A stretch of DNA of 64,000 nt. It comes from an uncultured bacterium (GTDB lineage: Bacteria; Patescibacteriota; Microgenomatia; UBA1400; UBA12108). A program made the position numbers and the translations under genes. How positions within the stretch are numbered: position 1 is the first letter of the stretch; every line of letters begins with the position of its first letter. The stretch covers positions 11,217-75,216 of the forward strand of contig CAXCDZ010000001.1 in the NCBI GenBank assembly GCA_963981525.1, in the 5' to 3' direction. Shown here in pieces: positions 40,556 through 50,998 of the stretch. The notes under the pieces were generated by a model, which saw only the letters and a program-made list of their open reading frames with translations, searched no databases and was not told where the DNA came from.

Positions 40556-42172
40556 CTATCTACCGCTAGTAATCGTGAAGGCGTTGGTGCCGTTTGGGAA
40601 ATCAATCTTATCGAGAATCGGAGTATCAGCCCAAAAATCGTCACCTTTGCCGACGTAGAGAGTGCGAGACCCATCACTCCCTCCATCCCACTCCATTTGC
40701 TTGAAGGTGTATTTACCAATTGAGTATTCCTCAAGCTGATCAACCCAAGGGAGACCAAGCAGCTGATAATCAAGGAGTTTTTTGCTATCTTCCTGAAAAA
40801 TTCGTGGATCAAGCTGAGAATAAAAAGCAACAAAGACGTGTGGCTCGCCGTAGGCTTTGGTGAATATTATCTGATCATATGAGTCCTGGTGAGCGTCTAC
40901 GTACTCAACTGCTTGGCTGTATCCTACTTGCCAGTCTCTCGCAAAAGCGCGAGGGTACCAGGCATAATAAAGGAAGAAAAAACTAAAAACTTCGATAGCG
41001 GCGAGAGCATAAAGCAGGTTGAGATATTTGAATTTGATTTTGATTAAGTGGGTCAGACCAAGCGCGGCAAGGATTTGCCAGGCTGGAAGAGTAAGGATGC
41101 TTCTGAGAACGTGATAGGGATCTTTGGTGAGCGCGGCTGGCACAAAGCCAAATACGATAAGCGCTATGGGGAGAGTGCGGGCAAGTCCTCTGTATTTCCC
41201 TAGCTGAGTGAGACCTACTATGAGAAGGAAGAACTCAAATAAGTAGATAACTCCCCTATATGGGAGACTATGTTGGGGGCGGATGCTACTGGAACCTAGT
41301 AGAAAGTGGGGGGATAGATAAGAGGTCCAGTTGGAGAAGGACTTGGTTACCATGAAAGTATATTTGTTAAATACAACCTTATTAAGAGTGTCGGGGAGAG
41401 GGAAAGTATCCCGATAGTGATAAAACTCAGTAACTGCTTCGGCATCAGTTGTAATACCAACCTGCCCATACCTAGCACGTCCATTACCTGTGGCAAAATC
41501 AATGATCATGGGAGTAGCCATTAGAGCAAGGGTTAGAAGAAAAATGAATATTTTGCGAGGTTTGACCTTCTTGTAGGAATATGTGAGAAGTACGCCAACT
41601 ATAAGCGGTACCAGGAGCTTGGCACTATTGTAGGTGTACGGGGCAAGGCCAAAAAAGAGGGCTGAGCCCATGAGATGTTTCCACCTACTACTATCGAGAG
41701 ACAATAGATAGAGATAGATGCCTAATAGGAAGAATAGCAAAGAGACACCTGCCTCAAACCCAGGTCTCGAGAGCATAAGATGCCAGGGGGAAATAGTCAA
41801 TAAAAAGGCTGCGATCAGACCTACCTTCTCATTGTATAAGTGCTTGGCCAACAGATAAGTGAGATAAATTACTCCAATTCCGGCAAGAGCGGCAGGGAGT
41901 CTAACTCCCCAAGCGTTGAGACCAAAGAGCTTGATAAAGGGAACTAGGAGATAGATATAGACCGGAGATTTCCATTCACCATACGAGCGAAAGAAAAGGG
42001 GTAGGGAGTCTCCCCACTCATCCATTCCAGTTTCCATAATTGAGTAGGCGGAGTATCCCATCGAGACCTCATCCCAATTAAGAGCTGGTGGGACAGAGGA
42101 CAAAAGAAACACGCGAGTCACAAAAGCCAACAGTAAAATCCAAAATAGTTTTGGTGGAATTATCTTGCCCAT
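40556..42172 (-). CDS. GT-C (PMT_2/ArnT-like) membrane glycosyltransferase
   Basis: PPALNWDEVSMGY, GMDEWG, YGEWKSPVY, VRLPAA, SPWHLMLSR. Confidence 0.88.
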   Translation of the reverse strand: MGKIIPPKLFWILLLAFVTRVFLLSSVPPALNWDEVSMGYSAYSIMETGMDEWGDSLPLFFRSYGEWKSPVYIYLLVPFIKLFGLNAWGVRLPAALAGIGVIYLTYLLAKHLYNEKVGLIAAFLLTISPWHLMLSRPGFEAGVSLLFFLLGIYLYLLSLDSSRWKHLMGSALFFGLAPYTYNSAKLLVPLIVGVLLTYSYKKVKPRKIFIFLLTLALMATPMIIDFATGNGRARYGQVGITTDAEAVTEFYHYRDTFPLPDTLNKVVFNKYTFMVTKSFSNWTSYLSPHFLLGSSSIRPQHSLPYRGVIYLFEFFLLIVGLTQLGKYRGLARTLPIALIVFGFVPAALTKDPYHVLRSILTLPAWQILAALGLTHLIKIKFKYLNLLYALAAIEVFSFFFLYYAWYPRAFARDWQVGYSQAVEYVDAHQDSYDQIIFTKAYGEPHVFVAFYSQLDPRIFQEDSKKLLDYQLLGLPWVDQLEEYSIGKYTFKQMEWDGGSDGSRTLYVGKGDDFWADTPILDKIDFPNGTNAFTITSGR

Positions 42173-43074
42173 ACCTCTAGGATATCACGATCAGAGACAA
42201 TGGAGTTAGCTTGCTGTATGCGGCGCTTGCTGAGCGCTTCTGGCAACTTGAATAGTGCCTTGAGTAGTGGAAGAGGATACCTGTATAGATAGTATGGGAG
42301 ATAAAGGAGATGCTCTAAGAGCATTTTTTTGTCGGAGATGTTTTTCCAGATAAAGAGGAATTGATTGCGCTGCGCTGTGTCCATCACAAACTTCTTGGTG
42401 AAGTTGCTTGCGATCACACTCTTTTGGTGATCGTGCACACAATGACACTCAGGTGCCCAGAGAACTTTCCACCCTCTCTTCCATGCAGAGTAGCCTAGAT
42501 CCGTGTCTTCCCAGTAAAAAGGCTTATAAAGAGTGTTCATGCCACCTAATTGATTCCATTTCTTTTTGTCAAAAGCTGCCTGACCACCTGAGGCCCACAA
42601 GCTAGAATTGACAGAGTGAGAGTTGGCTTTGGTAGGCTTGACCTTGAAGTGATGGAAGAGACCCTTGTTCCATTCCCCTCCCATCCAGGCTTCGCCTGAG
42701 TTAAAACCAACTGAAAAAACATCCTTGTCATCAAAAATATCTAGGCATTTCTCAAAGCAGTCCACGCTGGGTCTGACATCTGTATTAAGGAGCATGATGA
42801 GATCTCCCTTGGCAAGGTTAACCCCTTTGTTAACGTTGGCGGAGAAACCGAGATTCTTGTTGTGGTTGTAGGCTCTGATCTTCCCTCGCTTTTGCTCTGA
42901 CTGCATAAACCCCCATGAGTCGTCGTGTTGACTATTGTCGTCAACTATGACGATCTCGGCTCCTACACGGGCAGCGGCTTTGTAGACATACGGCAGATTT
43001 TGCTTCATCTGAGTCTCGCTGTTCCAACTGGGGATCACGACGCTGACTTTGACTTTGCTTTTGTTTATCTTCAT
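42160..43074 (-). CDS. GT2 glycosyltransferase (WbbL/rhamnosyltransferase-like)
   Basis: VVIPSWN, NLGFSANVNKG, LLNTD, FYWEDTDL; ATG at 43074. Confidence 0.9.
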   Translation of the reverse strand: MKINKSKVKVSVVIPSWNSETQMKQNLPYVYKAAARVGAEIVIVDDNSQHDDSWGFMQSEQKRGKIRAYNHNKNLGFSANVNKGVNLAKGDLIMLLNTDVRPSVDCFEKCLDIFDDKDVFSVGFNSGEAWMGGEWNKGLFHHFKVKPTKANSHSVNSSLWASGGQAAFDKKKWNQLGGMNTLYKPFYWEDTDLGYSAWKRGWKVLWAPECHCVHDHQKSVIASNFTKKFVMDTAQRNQFLFIWKNISDKKMLLEHLLYLPYYLYRYPLPLLKALFKLPEALSKRRIQQANSIVSDRDILEVWAR

Positions 43075-43078
43075 CTGC

Positions 43079-44437
43079 TTATTGTATACCAAAAATAGTT
43101 ACTCTTAGGCCACCAAAAACTTGCTCTCCAAGCTTGTCAGTACGATCAAGAAGAACTGCTATCTTATCTGACTCGGTTACTACCACGATCACTGGCGCCT
43201 CGTCTTGCATGCTGACTCCATGTGTTTTGAGAAGATAACCAATGCCATCACGCCTTCCTGGAGGTGCTTCTAATCTGAGGTTGATGATATCACCGTATCC
43301 AACTATGTAACTAGCAATATCCTGTTTGACTCGCAAGCTAAATGGTTCTGTAATGATAGCTCGCTCATTGAGATTGCTAACTATGATGAAGGCGATCAGG
43401 AGTGATATAAATATTTTTTTGGGTATAGTCTGCGCGCTCAACCTGGTAACCAAGAGCAATATTAGCGGGATGAACATGGGAAGGAAATAGTATTCGGCAA
43501 AACCTAGATCTCGATAGATGATAAGCATAAAAGGAACAAAGACAAGGATAGATGCACATAGCTTGGTTAGTGAAGATGCTTTTGTTACTAAAAGTGAAGA
43601 AAGTGCAATTACCAAGGATGCGATTCCTAGATAATTAACTCTAGAGCCAACTAGTAACTCTGAGAGAGTGTAGTCAAGTTTTGTAAGAAGAGTGGTTACA
43701 AAAATTAGGAGCTCGGCATGACCTGTACCACCACTAAGAAAGCTTATTAATAAGTGAGTATTGAGAAAACCATGCCTGAGATCAAATAGAAGAAGGGGTG
43801 TAAGGGGGAGAAAGAGGAAAAAGAGGGATAGTAATTTTTGTTTGTTTGTAAGGCTAAAGAAATATTTCGCCCTAGAGAGAACTAATAATCCTGCAACTCC
43901 AACGATAGAGAGATGAATGTGAGTTGAGAATCCCGCCACAAGGAAGAAAAGATATTTGTACCAAGACTTGTGATCTATATTATCCCAAAGAATAATCATG
44001 GTAATCATCCAAAGACTGAGAAGAGATACGTTCCATGGGACATGTGCGAGCTTGATGAGATAGGGAGAGATCATCCAGATTGTGCTACCAAGAATACCCT
44101 GCAATCTACTGCGTTTGGCAAGATATAAGTAGGTGATGAGACCAACGGAAACGTCAAGAATTAGTGATAAGATCGCAAGTCCAAGAGGATTACCGCTACC
44201 AAGAGCTAAGGCTACTGATCCAAGATAATAATAGAGTGGCCCTAGGAAAAAACTACCCTCCCCTCTCACAACTGGACCAATGAGAGTTGGTTTGCCACCT
44301 ATAATGTCAGACATGACTCCGACGTCGCGTGCTTGATCCCACTCAAAAGTGGTAAGACCTGATAGATTGCTGCTGCGTAAATAGATGCCCAGAACAGCGA
44401 GGAGGATTATTGAGAGATACTTAATAATATTTTTCAT
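43079..44437 (-). CDS. GT-C membrane glycosyltransferase (paralog of 55911..57419)
   Basis: EWDQARD, LIGP, LGPLYYYL, PWN, DLRHGFLNT. Confidence 0.82.
   Translation of the reverse strand: MKNIIKYLSIILLAVLGIYLRSSNLSGLTTFEWDQARDVGVMSDIIGGKPTLIGPVVRGEGSFFLGPLYYYLGSVALALGSGNPLGLAILSLILDVSVGLITYLYLAKRSRLQGILGSTIWMISPYLIKLAHVPWNVSLLSLWMITMIILWDNIDHKSWYKYLFFLVAGFSTHIHLSIVGVAGLLVLSRAKYFFSLTNKQKLLSLFFLFLPLTPLLLFDLRHGFLNTHLLISFLSGGTGHAELLIFVTTLLTKLDYTLSELLVGSRVNYLGIASLVIALSSLLVTKASSLTKLCASILVFVPFMLIIYRDLGFAEYYFLPMFIPLILLLVTRLSAQTIPKKIFISLLIAFIIVSNLNERAIITEPFSLRVKQDIASYIVGYGDIINLRLEAPPGRRDGIGYLLKTHGVSMQDEAPVIVVVTESDKIAVLLDRTDKLGEQVFGGLRVTIFGIQ
43081..43086 (-). promoter_or_regulatory. -10 box TACAAT, 6 nt before ATG 43074
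   Basis: TACAAT-aagcag-ATG, overlapping the upstream stop. Confidence 0.5.
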
Positions 44438-45477
44438 GATATGAGTTCTATTAGATTTTTTCCAAAATGTTTCTTGCTAAACCTCTTGACATCCATCTGG
44501 GAGGCAATGTTCTGATAACTCAAGAGACTAGCCACAACCTTAGTTGTTAGCTCCACTAGATTATCTAAACTATACCAGTGCAAACCCTGGTCACTAACCA
44601 CCTCATTCTGACCCCCTTTGGGGATTACTAGAGGAACGCAGCCGGCAGTGATTGCCTCGGCTGTGGTGATCCCAAAATGTTCGACTAGGTCTGGATTCTT
44701 GTTTTGATCAACTTGGTAACCTGCCCCGTGCCAGAATATACTTGCCTTACCATACAACTCAGACAAGTCAGAGTAGGATAGGTTGGGATAAAAATCTATG
44801 GGCAAGTCCCCGGCACTCTCTTGGAGCTTTGCGAGCCAAGTATCATCACTTGATCCTCCAGCGAGTGCAAGTCGCCAGCCATCTAGCAGAGGACTGAGCT
44901 TGGCAAAGGCTTGAATCAGGATATCCTGCTTCTTAATGTTAACCGTTGGTTCGAATCTACCAACTGAGAGAATGAGTTTTTCTTTTGCCCTAGTCTTAAT
45001 TGGTGTGACTGGAGGATAGATAACAAGTGAGTTGGTACGATATTCCTGGTCGATCACTGACTTGGTAAAGTTGGAGTTGACGATGATTCTGTTAACTCGC
45101 TTGAGCTTGAGTTGGGTTGCAAACTTACCTCCCCCGACATTATGGAAAGGTACCTGCATGTGAATGATGTTTGCCTTGGCTCCCAAAAGTGGGATGCTCC
45201 CATCGGAAAGATAGAGTACGAGATCATATTCGCGGGTTGCCTTGAACATTGCAAGAGGGCTGCCTTGTGAATAAAGTGGCATGATACTAGTATCTAATTG
45301 AGGGTTCTTGAGCTTGATATCCAGCAAGTTAGTGAGTTTGCTAATCTGCTCAAGATTGTCCCATGCGAAATGTAGTTCGTAGCCTGCGCTTTCGATGACT
45401 GAAGCGGCTTCGAGCATATATCTCTCCCCTCCCCCGAGATGATCTAGGTACGGGGTGACGATGAGAGCTCGCTTCAC
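44434..45477 (-). CDS. GT4 glycosyltransferase
   Basis: LGGGER, NSNFT, SVGRF, EHFGITTAEA. Confidence 0.9.
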   Translation of the reverse strand: MKRALIVTPYLDHLGGGERYMLEAASVIESAGYELHFAWDNLEQISKLTNLLDIKLKNPQLDTSIMPLYSQGSPLAMFKATREYDLVLYLSDGSIPLLGAKANIIHMQVPFHNVGGGKFATQLKLKRVNRIIVNSNFTKSVIDQEYRTNSLVIYPPVTPIKTRAKEKLILSVGRFEPTVNIKKQDILIQAFAKLSPLLDGWRLALAGGSSDDTWLAKLQESAGDLPIDFYPNLSYSDLSELYGKASIFWHGAGYQVDQNKNPDLVEHFGITTAEAITAGCVPLVIPKGGQNEVVSDQGLHWYSLDNLVELTTKVVASLLSYQNIASQMDVKRFSKKHFGKNLIELIS

Positions 45478-46295
45478 CTTTGTCCTTGCTGTTTCTCAAA
45501 TAATCCTTCGGCATGCTCTGGATTTTCGGGATGCTGTTGCATCTCGAATAACTTTGCGTAGCTCATAAAGACCGAGAAACCCTGGTAAATACTCTGGATC
45601 AGGCCGATCTTGCCGTCAAGTAGTCCTGCTTTGAATATGCCTCGCCTCACCATCTCCATCTTGAGTTTGCGCAGAAGAGTGAGTGAAGTAACTGGTGCCA
45701 TTTCTCCGTCATAATACTGCTCTGCTTCTTTGTCGGTATACCTGTCAGTTTTGTTGACGATGTACTCCAATGATTGATCCTTGTGATGCTCCATATGATT
45801 CCTGAGTTGACCTAACTCACCTCGGAATGTTGGGGTAGAGTGGATGTCGGTGGGCCAATCCAAGAAATCGGCCTTGCGAAATAACCTAACCACGTAGTCA
45901 GTGCCCCATCCCCCATATTTAAGTGGGTATCCAAGAGAGAAGTTGAGACGAGGAAGCTTGTAAGCTGGTGAAGGAGAAGGTGACTTGATAATTGCGACAA
46001 TCTCACCCTGCAGTTGAGGAGTAATAACTTCGTCAAAATCCATAATGAGAACCCAGTCGCCCTTGGCATCACGTACCTGCTGGGCACGAATCTCTTCGAC
46101 AACGCGAGAGGCTGGACGAGCGATAAAGATTAGATTGAGATTGTAGTTTTTTGCAAGCTGAAGCAGACCTCTATCCTCTTTCATCTCCATCGCATAAACA
46201 GTGATGTTGTCGGCAAAAGAAATGCTCTTAAGCAGATTCTCAAAGGTATCTAGATTATCTTCTGGGGCAATCTGAGTAATGGCTGAGAGTGTCAT
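45474..46295 (-). CDS. GT2 glycosyltransferase (WaaE-like, degenerate N-terminus)
   Basis: WVLIMDFDE, VRLFR, IHS, GLLDGKIG; lacks the usual VDxxSxD motif. Confidence 0.82.
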   Translation of the reverse strand: MTLSAITQIAPEDNLDTFENLLKSISFADNITVYAMEMKEDRGLLQLAKNYNLNLIFIARPASRVVEEIRAQQVRDAKGDWVLIMDFDEVITPQLQGEIVAIIKSPSPSPAYKLPRLNFSLGYPLKYGGWGTDYVVRLFRKADFLDWPTDIHSTPTFRGELGQLRNHMEHHKDQSLEYIVNKTDRYTDKEAEQYYDGEMAPVTSLTLLRKLKMEMVRRGIFKAGLLDGKIGLIQSIYQGFSVFMSYAKLFEMQQHPENPEHAEGLFEKQQGQR

Positions 46296-47731
46296 TTTGC
46301 CTCTTTCTTGACCCCGAGATAATCACCTGACTCAGATACAATCTGATACTCAGGATCTAATAATGAGAGATCATCGCGAACTAGCATGATGACACCATCT
46401 GGATGATCATTGAGATAAGCTTGGAAGTAATCGGTGTTGTAGAAGAAGATGACCTGATTCTGATAGTAATAGAGCGTAGAGGGCGAACCTCCATAGCGAA
46501 AGCTCGAGCTTATTCTCTGAGATTCGGGCAAGATGGCCTCGGCAACGCGCTCCGAAGGAGAGACCAAGACAACGAGTGGGTCACTACTTATTGTGGAGAG
46601 AGCCCGGACTACTGTCAGTTGATTGGTGGTGGTGGGGGTAGAGCGAGGATAATCAACATATCGATAAGCAGAGAGAAGGGACTGGGCGAAAATACCGATT
46701 GCTAGAATAGCTATAACTTTTCTCGCTTGTTTTGAGTTGGCAAAATAGGTAATAGCATATCCACAGAGCAAGCTGACCGCTGGATAGACTGGAAGAATAT
46801 ACCAGAACAATCTCGTGCGTGCGAGCGTAAAAACAAGGATGGGAATGATCAGCCACCAGAGAACTAGGAGATCCTGAGCACTGCGTGAGCGAAGATATTG
46901 GCATAAGACAAAATATCCCCCCAGAATGGCAACTAGGATAACTCCTATCCCAAGATTCTCGTAGAGAAAATTGAGATAGTAATACCTACTCTCGAGATGA
47001 AACTCGATTGGATTGGTAACGCGTGCCACAACCTGTTCCAGGAAGTACGGGGAGATAAAGTCGTTTCGATATTTGAGATAGGAGTAGAGATGCCATGGAA
47101 TCAAGAGGAGAGAAGTCAGAATAGCCGAGCTTGTGAGATATTTTTTACCTTTTGTTAGGAGAAGTGGCAAAGAAATAAGGACTGCGAGCAAACCAGCAAC
47201 CCCCTTGAACCAAATGCTAAATGAAATAGTGAGAGCAAGAAAAATTGGTGAAAGATCAAAAAGGAGCACTACGCAAGTAGAGACAATACCCAAGAGAAGC
47301 GGCATATCGGTATTGAGTGCGCGAGATCGATCCAGAAACAAACCAAGTGTCCCCAAGATGCCAGCTGAGATCAAACCCATAATCCAAGAAGAGAGTTTTT
47401 TGCCTATCAAGTAAATGCCATAGAGAGTGAGGGCGGCAAAAATAGGCATGGCGAATCTAGCGCCAAACTCCCCTCCAAAAAATGTCAGGCCGAGACCGGC
47501 TACCCAGGAAATACCGGGGGGCTTTTCGAACCAAAGGTTACTATTGTAGGAATTGGTCCAGATATTACCATAATCTATTAGCTCTCTCCCGAGTTGACCA
47601 TAGATTGCTTCGTCCCAGTCATAGAGAGGATCTCTCCCTAAGCGCAAAAACAGAAGCAAACCAAAGAGAACAAAGAGTAGTGGTAGGATTTTATTTAGCC
47701 ATTTTGGCTGAGATTGCAAAGATTTTGTCAT
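46292..47731 (-). CDS. ArnT-like (GT83) GT-C glycosyltransferase
   Basis: DWDEAIY, WFEKPPG, EFGARF, SRALNTD, FKG, PWH, WYILPVYP. Confidence 0.88.
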   Translation of the reverse strand: MTKSLQSQPKWLNKILPLLFVLFGLLLFLRLGRDPLYDWDEAIYGQLGRELIDYGNIWTNSYNSNLWFEKPPGISWVAGLGLTFFGGEFGARFAMPIFAALTLYGIYLIGKKLSSWIMGLISAGILGTLGLFLDRSRALNTDMPLLLGIVSTCVVLLFDLSPIFLALTISFSIWFKGVAGLLAVLISLPLLLTKGKKYLTSSAILTSLLLIPWHLYSYLKYRNDFISPYFLEQVVARVTNPIEFHLESRYYYLNFLYENLGIGVILVAILGGYFVLCQYLRSRSAQDLLVLWWLIIPILVFTLARTRLFWYILPVYPAVSLLCGYAITYFANSKQARKVIAILAIGIFAQSLLSAYRYVDYPRSTPTTTNQLTVVRALSTISSDPLVVLVSPSERVAEAILPESQRISSSFRYGGSPSTLYYYQNQVIFFYNTDYFQAYLNDHPDGVIMLVRDDLSLLDPEYQIVSESGDYLGVKKEAK

Positions 47732-48623
47732 TCTTGTTCCCAAAGTTGTTTGTTAAGAAATCTAAAAATGCAGCGCGTCTGATTGGACTACTCCAGTTGC
47801 GGAAAATAGCTTCTCGAAATAGAGCGAACTGGAGCCTAAGAGAGCCATATCGTTTGCCTATCATGAAGCGATTGCGAGTGATGTAGTAATCAACTAGTGG
47901 ACTACCAGAAACAGTGGTTGAAGAGTTTCGGTGGTAAACCATGAGCTTGGGGTTGTATTTAACTTCAATCCCGGCCTTAGCTGCTTTGAGACAGTAATCT
48001 GAGTCCTCAAGATATAGAAAGAAAGGCTCGTCCAACATGCCAATCTTCTTAAACACTTTCCTGGGAACTGCAATGTAGCATCCAGTAATGAACTCAACAT
48101 CCAGCTCTTTGTCATGTTGACCTTTGTCTACCTCATCGACTCCGAAGTGGCGGGCTATAGCCATGCCCCAGTCCATGTAACCACCGGCATACCAGATGAC
48201 GTCTCCCCTACCTTTTTGTTTATCATGATACTCATACCCCTTGGCGTAGTAGATCTTGGCACCTGCGATGCGATTTTTGCCATCCACGTACCTGAAAGCT
48301 CGGTAGAATAGATTGGGGTCAACCTCGGTGTCATTATTGAGAATGTGCACTACCTTGGCACCCATTCTCAAGGCCTTCTTGATTCCGATATTGTTACCAA
48401 CTGAGAAGCCCACATTGCCACCTGCATCAATTAGATCGAGGTCGGGGAACCTTTTTTTGAGCTGGGGAATCGAGTCGTTGCCAGAACCGTTATCGACGAC
48501 AATGATGTGAGGCTTGTCCTTAGAATTGTTGATTGAGTTGATGGCGACTTCTGTGTCTTCCCACTTCTTGTAGTTGATCATCACAACTGCGTGTTTGATC
48601 TTGCTTCTCTTCTTTTTTTTCAT
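47691..48623 (-). CDS. GT2 glycosyltransferase (rhamnosyl/galactofuranosyl-transferase-like)
   Basis: VVDNGSGND, NVGFSVGNNIG, ILNND, TGC, FFLYLEDSD, YYITRNR. Confidence 0.9.
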   Translation of the reverse strand: MKKKKRSKIKHAVVMINYKKWEDTEVAINSINNSKDKPHIIVVDNGSGNDSIPQLKKRFPDLDLIDAGGNVGFSVGNNIGIKKALRMGAKVVHILNNDTEVDPNLFYRAFRYVDGKNRIAGAKIYYAKGYEYHDKQKGRGDVIWYAGGYMDWGMAIARHFGVDEVDKGQHDKELDVEFITGCYIAVPRKVFKKIGMLDEPFFLYLEDSDYCLKAAKAGIEVKYNPKLMVYHRNSSTTVSGSPLVDYYITRNRFMIGKRYGSLRLQFALFREAIFRNWSSPIRRAAFLDFLTNNFGNKNDKIFAISAKMAK

Positions 48624-49513
48624 ATTACCTTTCTGATTATTTTGTCTTTGAGACTCGACTTACCTATCTTACTTGTCCAGTGAAGAGACTCTTTGTAGCC
48701 ATGACGGAAAAACTCCTTAGGATGACTGACTAACTCATTCTCACTTGCGAGACTCTTGTACTGATTCTTTTCCCAGTAGAAGAAGAGAACAAGATAATAA
48801 TAGATTAACTGTAAAAATGCCAAGACAAATCCATGCATCCCATCCTTGTATCCCTGGTCAAAAAAGAAACGAGAGACGAACTCAGAAACTGATCTTTTCA
48901 TTGTATGCTGGAGAGTGATTGGTTTGCCCTGGGTTATGGCATCACTGGCTTCTGACTCTGCGTAACGAAAACTCCTATTGAGATAGTCTGAAATGCTGGT
49001 GTAGTTCTCGTGGATGAGGGCGTACTTCTCTTTTGGCTCGAGTTCTAGAATATCCCCTTTGACATCTGGTTTGGCGTGGATGTATTTGGGCCAACTGACT
49101 TTGCTTTTTTGGACAAACCGGATCTGATGATCTGGCCACCAACGACTATGTTTGATCCATTTGCCAAAAACAAAGTTCTTGCGAGGGATCTCAACTCCTG
49201 CATACTCACCATCTTTGGCAACTTGCTGGAGAATGGTTTGGAGAGACTGGGTGAGTTGCTCATCAGGGTCAATCACGAGAACATAGTCGTGCGCGGCGTA
49301 CTTGAGTGAAGATTGCCTAATCTCTTCGACTATCTCTACCCTCTTATGAGAGATGAGGTTGGCCTTGTGCTTTTTTATCACATCCTTTGTCTGATCATTA
49401 CTCTCCAGATCCACTACTGTAATATCATCTGAGAATCCCTTGAGGGAAGTTAGGCAGCGATCTAGACTCTCCGCTTCATTATGGGTGACGATAATTACTG
49501 AGATATTAGACAT
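48620..49513 (-). CDS. GT2 glycosyltransferase (WaaE-like)
   Basis: VTHNE, VDLESND, IDPDE, WPDHQIRF, IHA, GYKDGMHG. Confidence 0.9.
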   Translation of the reverse strand: MSNISVIIVTHNEAESLDRCLTSLKGFSDDITVVDLESNDQTKDVIKKHKANLISHKRVEIVEEIRQSSLKYAAHDYVLVIDPDEQLTQSLQTILQQVAKDGEYAGVEIPRKNFVFGKWIKHSRWWPDHQIRFVQKSKVSWPKYIHAKPDVKGDILELEPKEKYALIHENYTSISDYLNRSFRYAESEASDAITQGKPITLQHTMKRSVSEFVSRFFFDQGYKDGMHGFVLAFLQLIYYYLVLFFYWEKNQYKSLASENELVSHPKEFFRHGYKESLHWTSKIGKSSLKDKIIRKVI

Positions 49514-49522
49514 CGTGTAGTT

Positions 49523-49528
49523 ATTCTA
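49523..49528 (-). promoter_or_regulatory. Extended -10 (TGgTAGAAT), 9 nt before ATG 49513
   Basis: TGgTAGAAT-aactacacg-ATG. Confidence 0.5.
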
Positions 49529-49534
49529 CCAGAG

Positions 49535-50998
49535 TTATGACTTTTTGAAGGAATTGGCGAGAATATTCTTGACTTCGGCCTTGAGGAATTTGCCATCTAG
49601 TGTGTAGATGAGAATGGAGTAAACAATGATGCCAAGGATGATAGCTAGAATAAGTGTAAATAAGCTCGTGACAAAGAACTTATTAAAGAGAAAAATGGTA
49701 GATGCCATGACAAGTGAAGCCAAGAGAGGAATGCGGATGGAGTTAAGAGTATTGACTTTAACCACCTTGTTCATCTCGCGAATAACGAGCGGGAAGGTGA
49801 GGTAGGTAATAATGAAGATAGTAATTGTAATACCGACAAAACCAACATACTTGATCATCGGCAAACCGATCCCCCATGTCATAAGAGTGTACAAGACCAT
49901 AAGTTTGAGGACTACTTTTGGCTTGCCAAGTGCGTAGAGTGCGTTGGTGTAAGTCGTAGTCACGATGACTGGGAGAGCGGCGGCAAGCAACCACAGGAGT
50001 GCCGGAAGAGCTGGGAGCCATTTGTCACTTTTGTCAGCGTAGAGATACTGAAGAAGGCTAGTGGAGGTGACCATAAGCCCAGTCACGGCTGGAAAATACA
50101 GAATACTCATGAGATGAGTTGACTTCTCTAGCCAGCGACGGAGGCGCGCCTTGTCATGTTGAATGCGAGAGTAGGTGGGGAAGGTGATTCTGGAGACAAT
50201 CGTGATGATCTCCATTGGACGACTACTGATATTCTGTGCCAGGTTAAGAAATCCGACGGCGACTGGACCATAGAAAAAGGCAATCACAGTTGGGGTGATA
50301 TTATCCTTGAGGAGTGCAAGGAGAGAGTTGAGTTGATAAGGTACGCCAAAACTAAGAAGCCCTTTGATCGACTTTTTGTCAAACCCCCACCCCATTTTCC
50401 AAGGAGCAATAATATTAAGAGAGACTGCCCCGAGAAATGTTCTTGCTAATACTGCAACTGCTAGACTCCAGACACCATATCCCTTGAACGCCATAAAGAC
50501 TGCTATTCCATTGTAGGCAACAGTCTCTAGGATCTCTGGGATAATCAGAATATCAAAGCGAAGTTTGCGTTCAAGAAGAATCGAGGGGATAGTTTTGAAT
50601 GAAGTAAGGAAGATGCTAAAGCTGAGCGCTCTAATTAGCCACATTCCCTGTGAACCCAAGTCGTAGATGTTGGAAACATACGGCGAGACTACCCAGGCAA
50701 TAAGCATGAGGAAAGTTACCAATAATTGCTGAATGGTGAAGGTGGTTCTGATGTCCTTGAGATCAAGCTCTTCCTTTTTTTGGATCAAGGCAGCGCCAAG
50801 ACCAACATCAGAGAAAAAAGCGAGGAAAGTAAAAACGATAAAAGTAACAATCGCAAAGATTCCAAAAGTTTCTTGGGGAAGGGTTCGCGCGAGAAAAATG
50901 ACTCCAAAAGTATCAATTACCTTGAGAATGATACGTCTAAAAGAAAGTGTGAACACCCCCTTAAAAGCACGTTGTTTGAGATTATCTAGATTTGACAT
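49535..50998 (-). CDS. wzx: Wzx (PST family) polysaccharide flippase
   Basis: LARTL, DVGLGAALIQ, LERKLRF, GYGVWSL, FPTYSRIQ, KWLPA; about 13 TM segments. Confidence 0.9.
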   Translation of the reverse strand: MSNLDNLKQRAFKGVFTLSFRRIILKVIDTFGVIFLARTLPQETFGIFAIVTFIVFTFLAFFSDVGLGAALIQKKEELDLKDIRTTFTIQQLLVTFLMLIAWVVSPYVSNIYDLGSQGMWLIRALSFSIFLTSFKTIPSILLERKLRFDILIIPEILETVAYNGIAVFMAFKGYGVWSLAVAVLARTFLGAVSLNIIAPWKMGWGFDKKSIKGLLSFGVPYQLNSLLALLKDNITPTVIAFFYGPVAVGFLNLAQNISSRPMEIITIVSRITFPTYSRIQHDKARLRRWLEKSTHLMSILYFPAVTGLMVTSTSLLQYLYADKSDKWLPALPALLWLLAAALPVIVTTTYTNALYALGKPKVVLKLMVLYTLMTWGIGLPMIKYVGFVGITITIFIITYLTFPLVIREMNKVVKVNTLNSIRIPLLASLVMASTIFLFNKFFVTSLFTLILAIILGIIVYSILIYTLDGKFLKAEVKNILANSFKKS

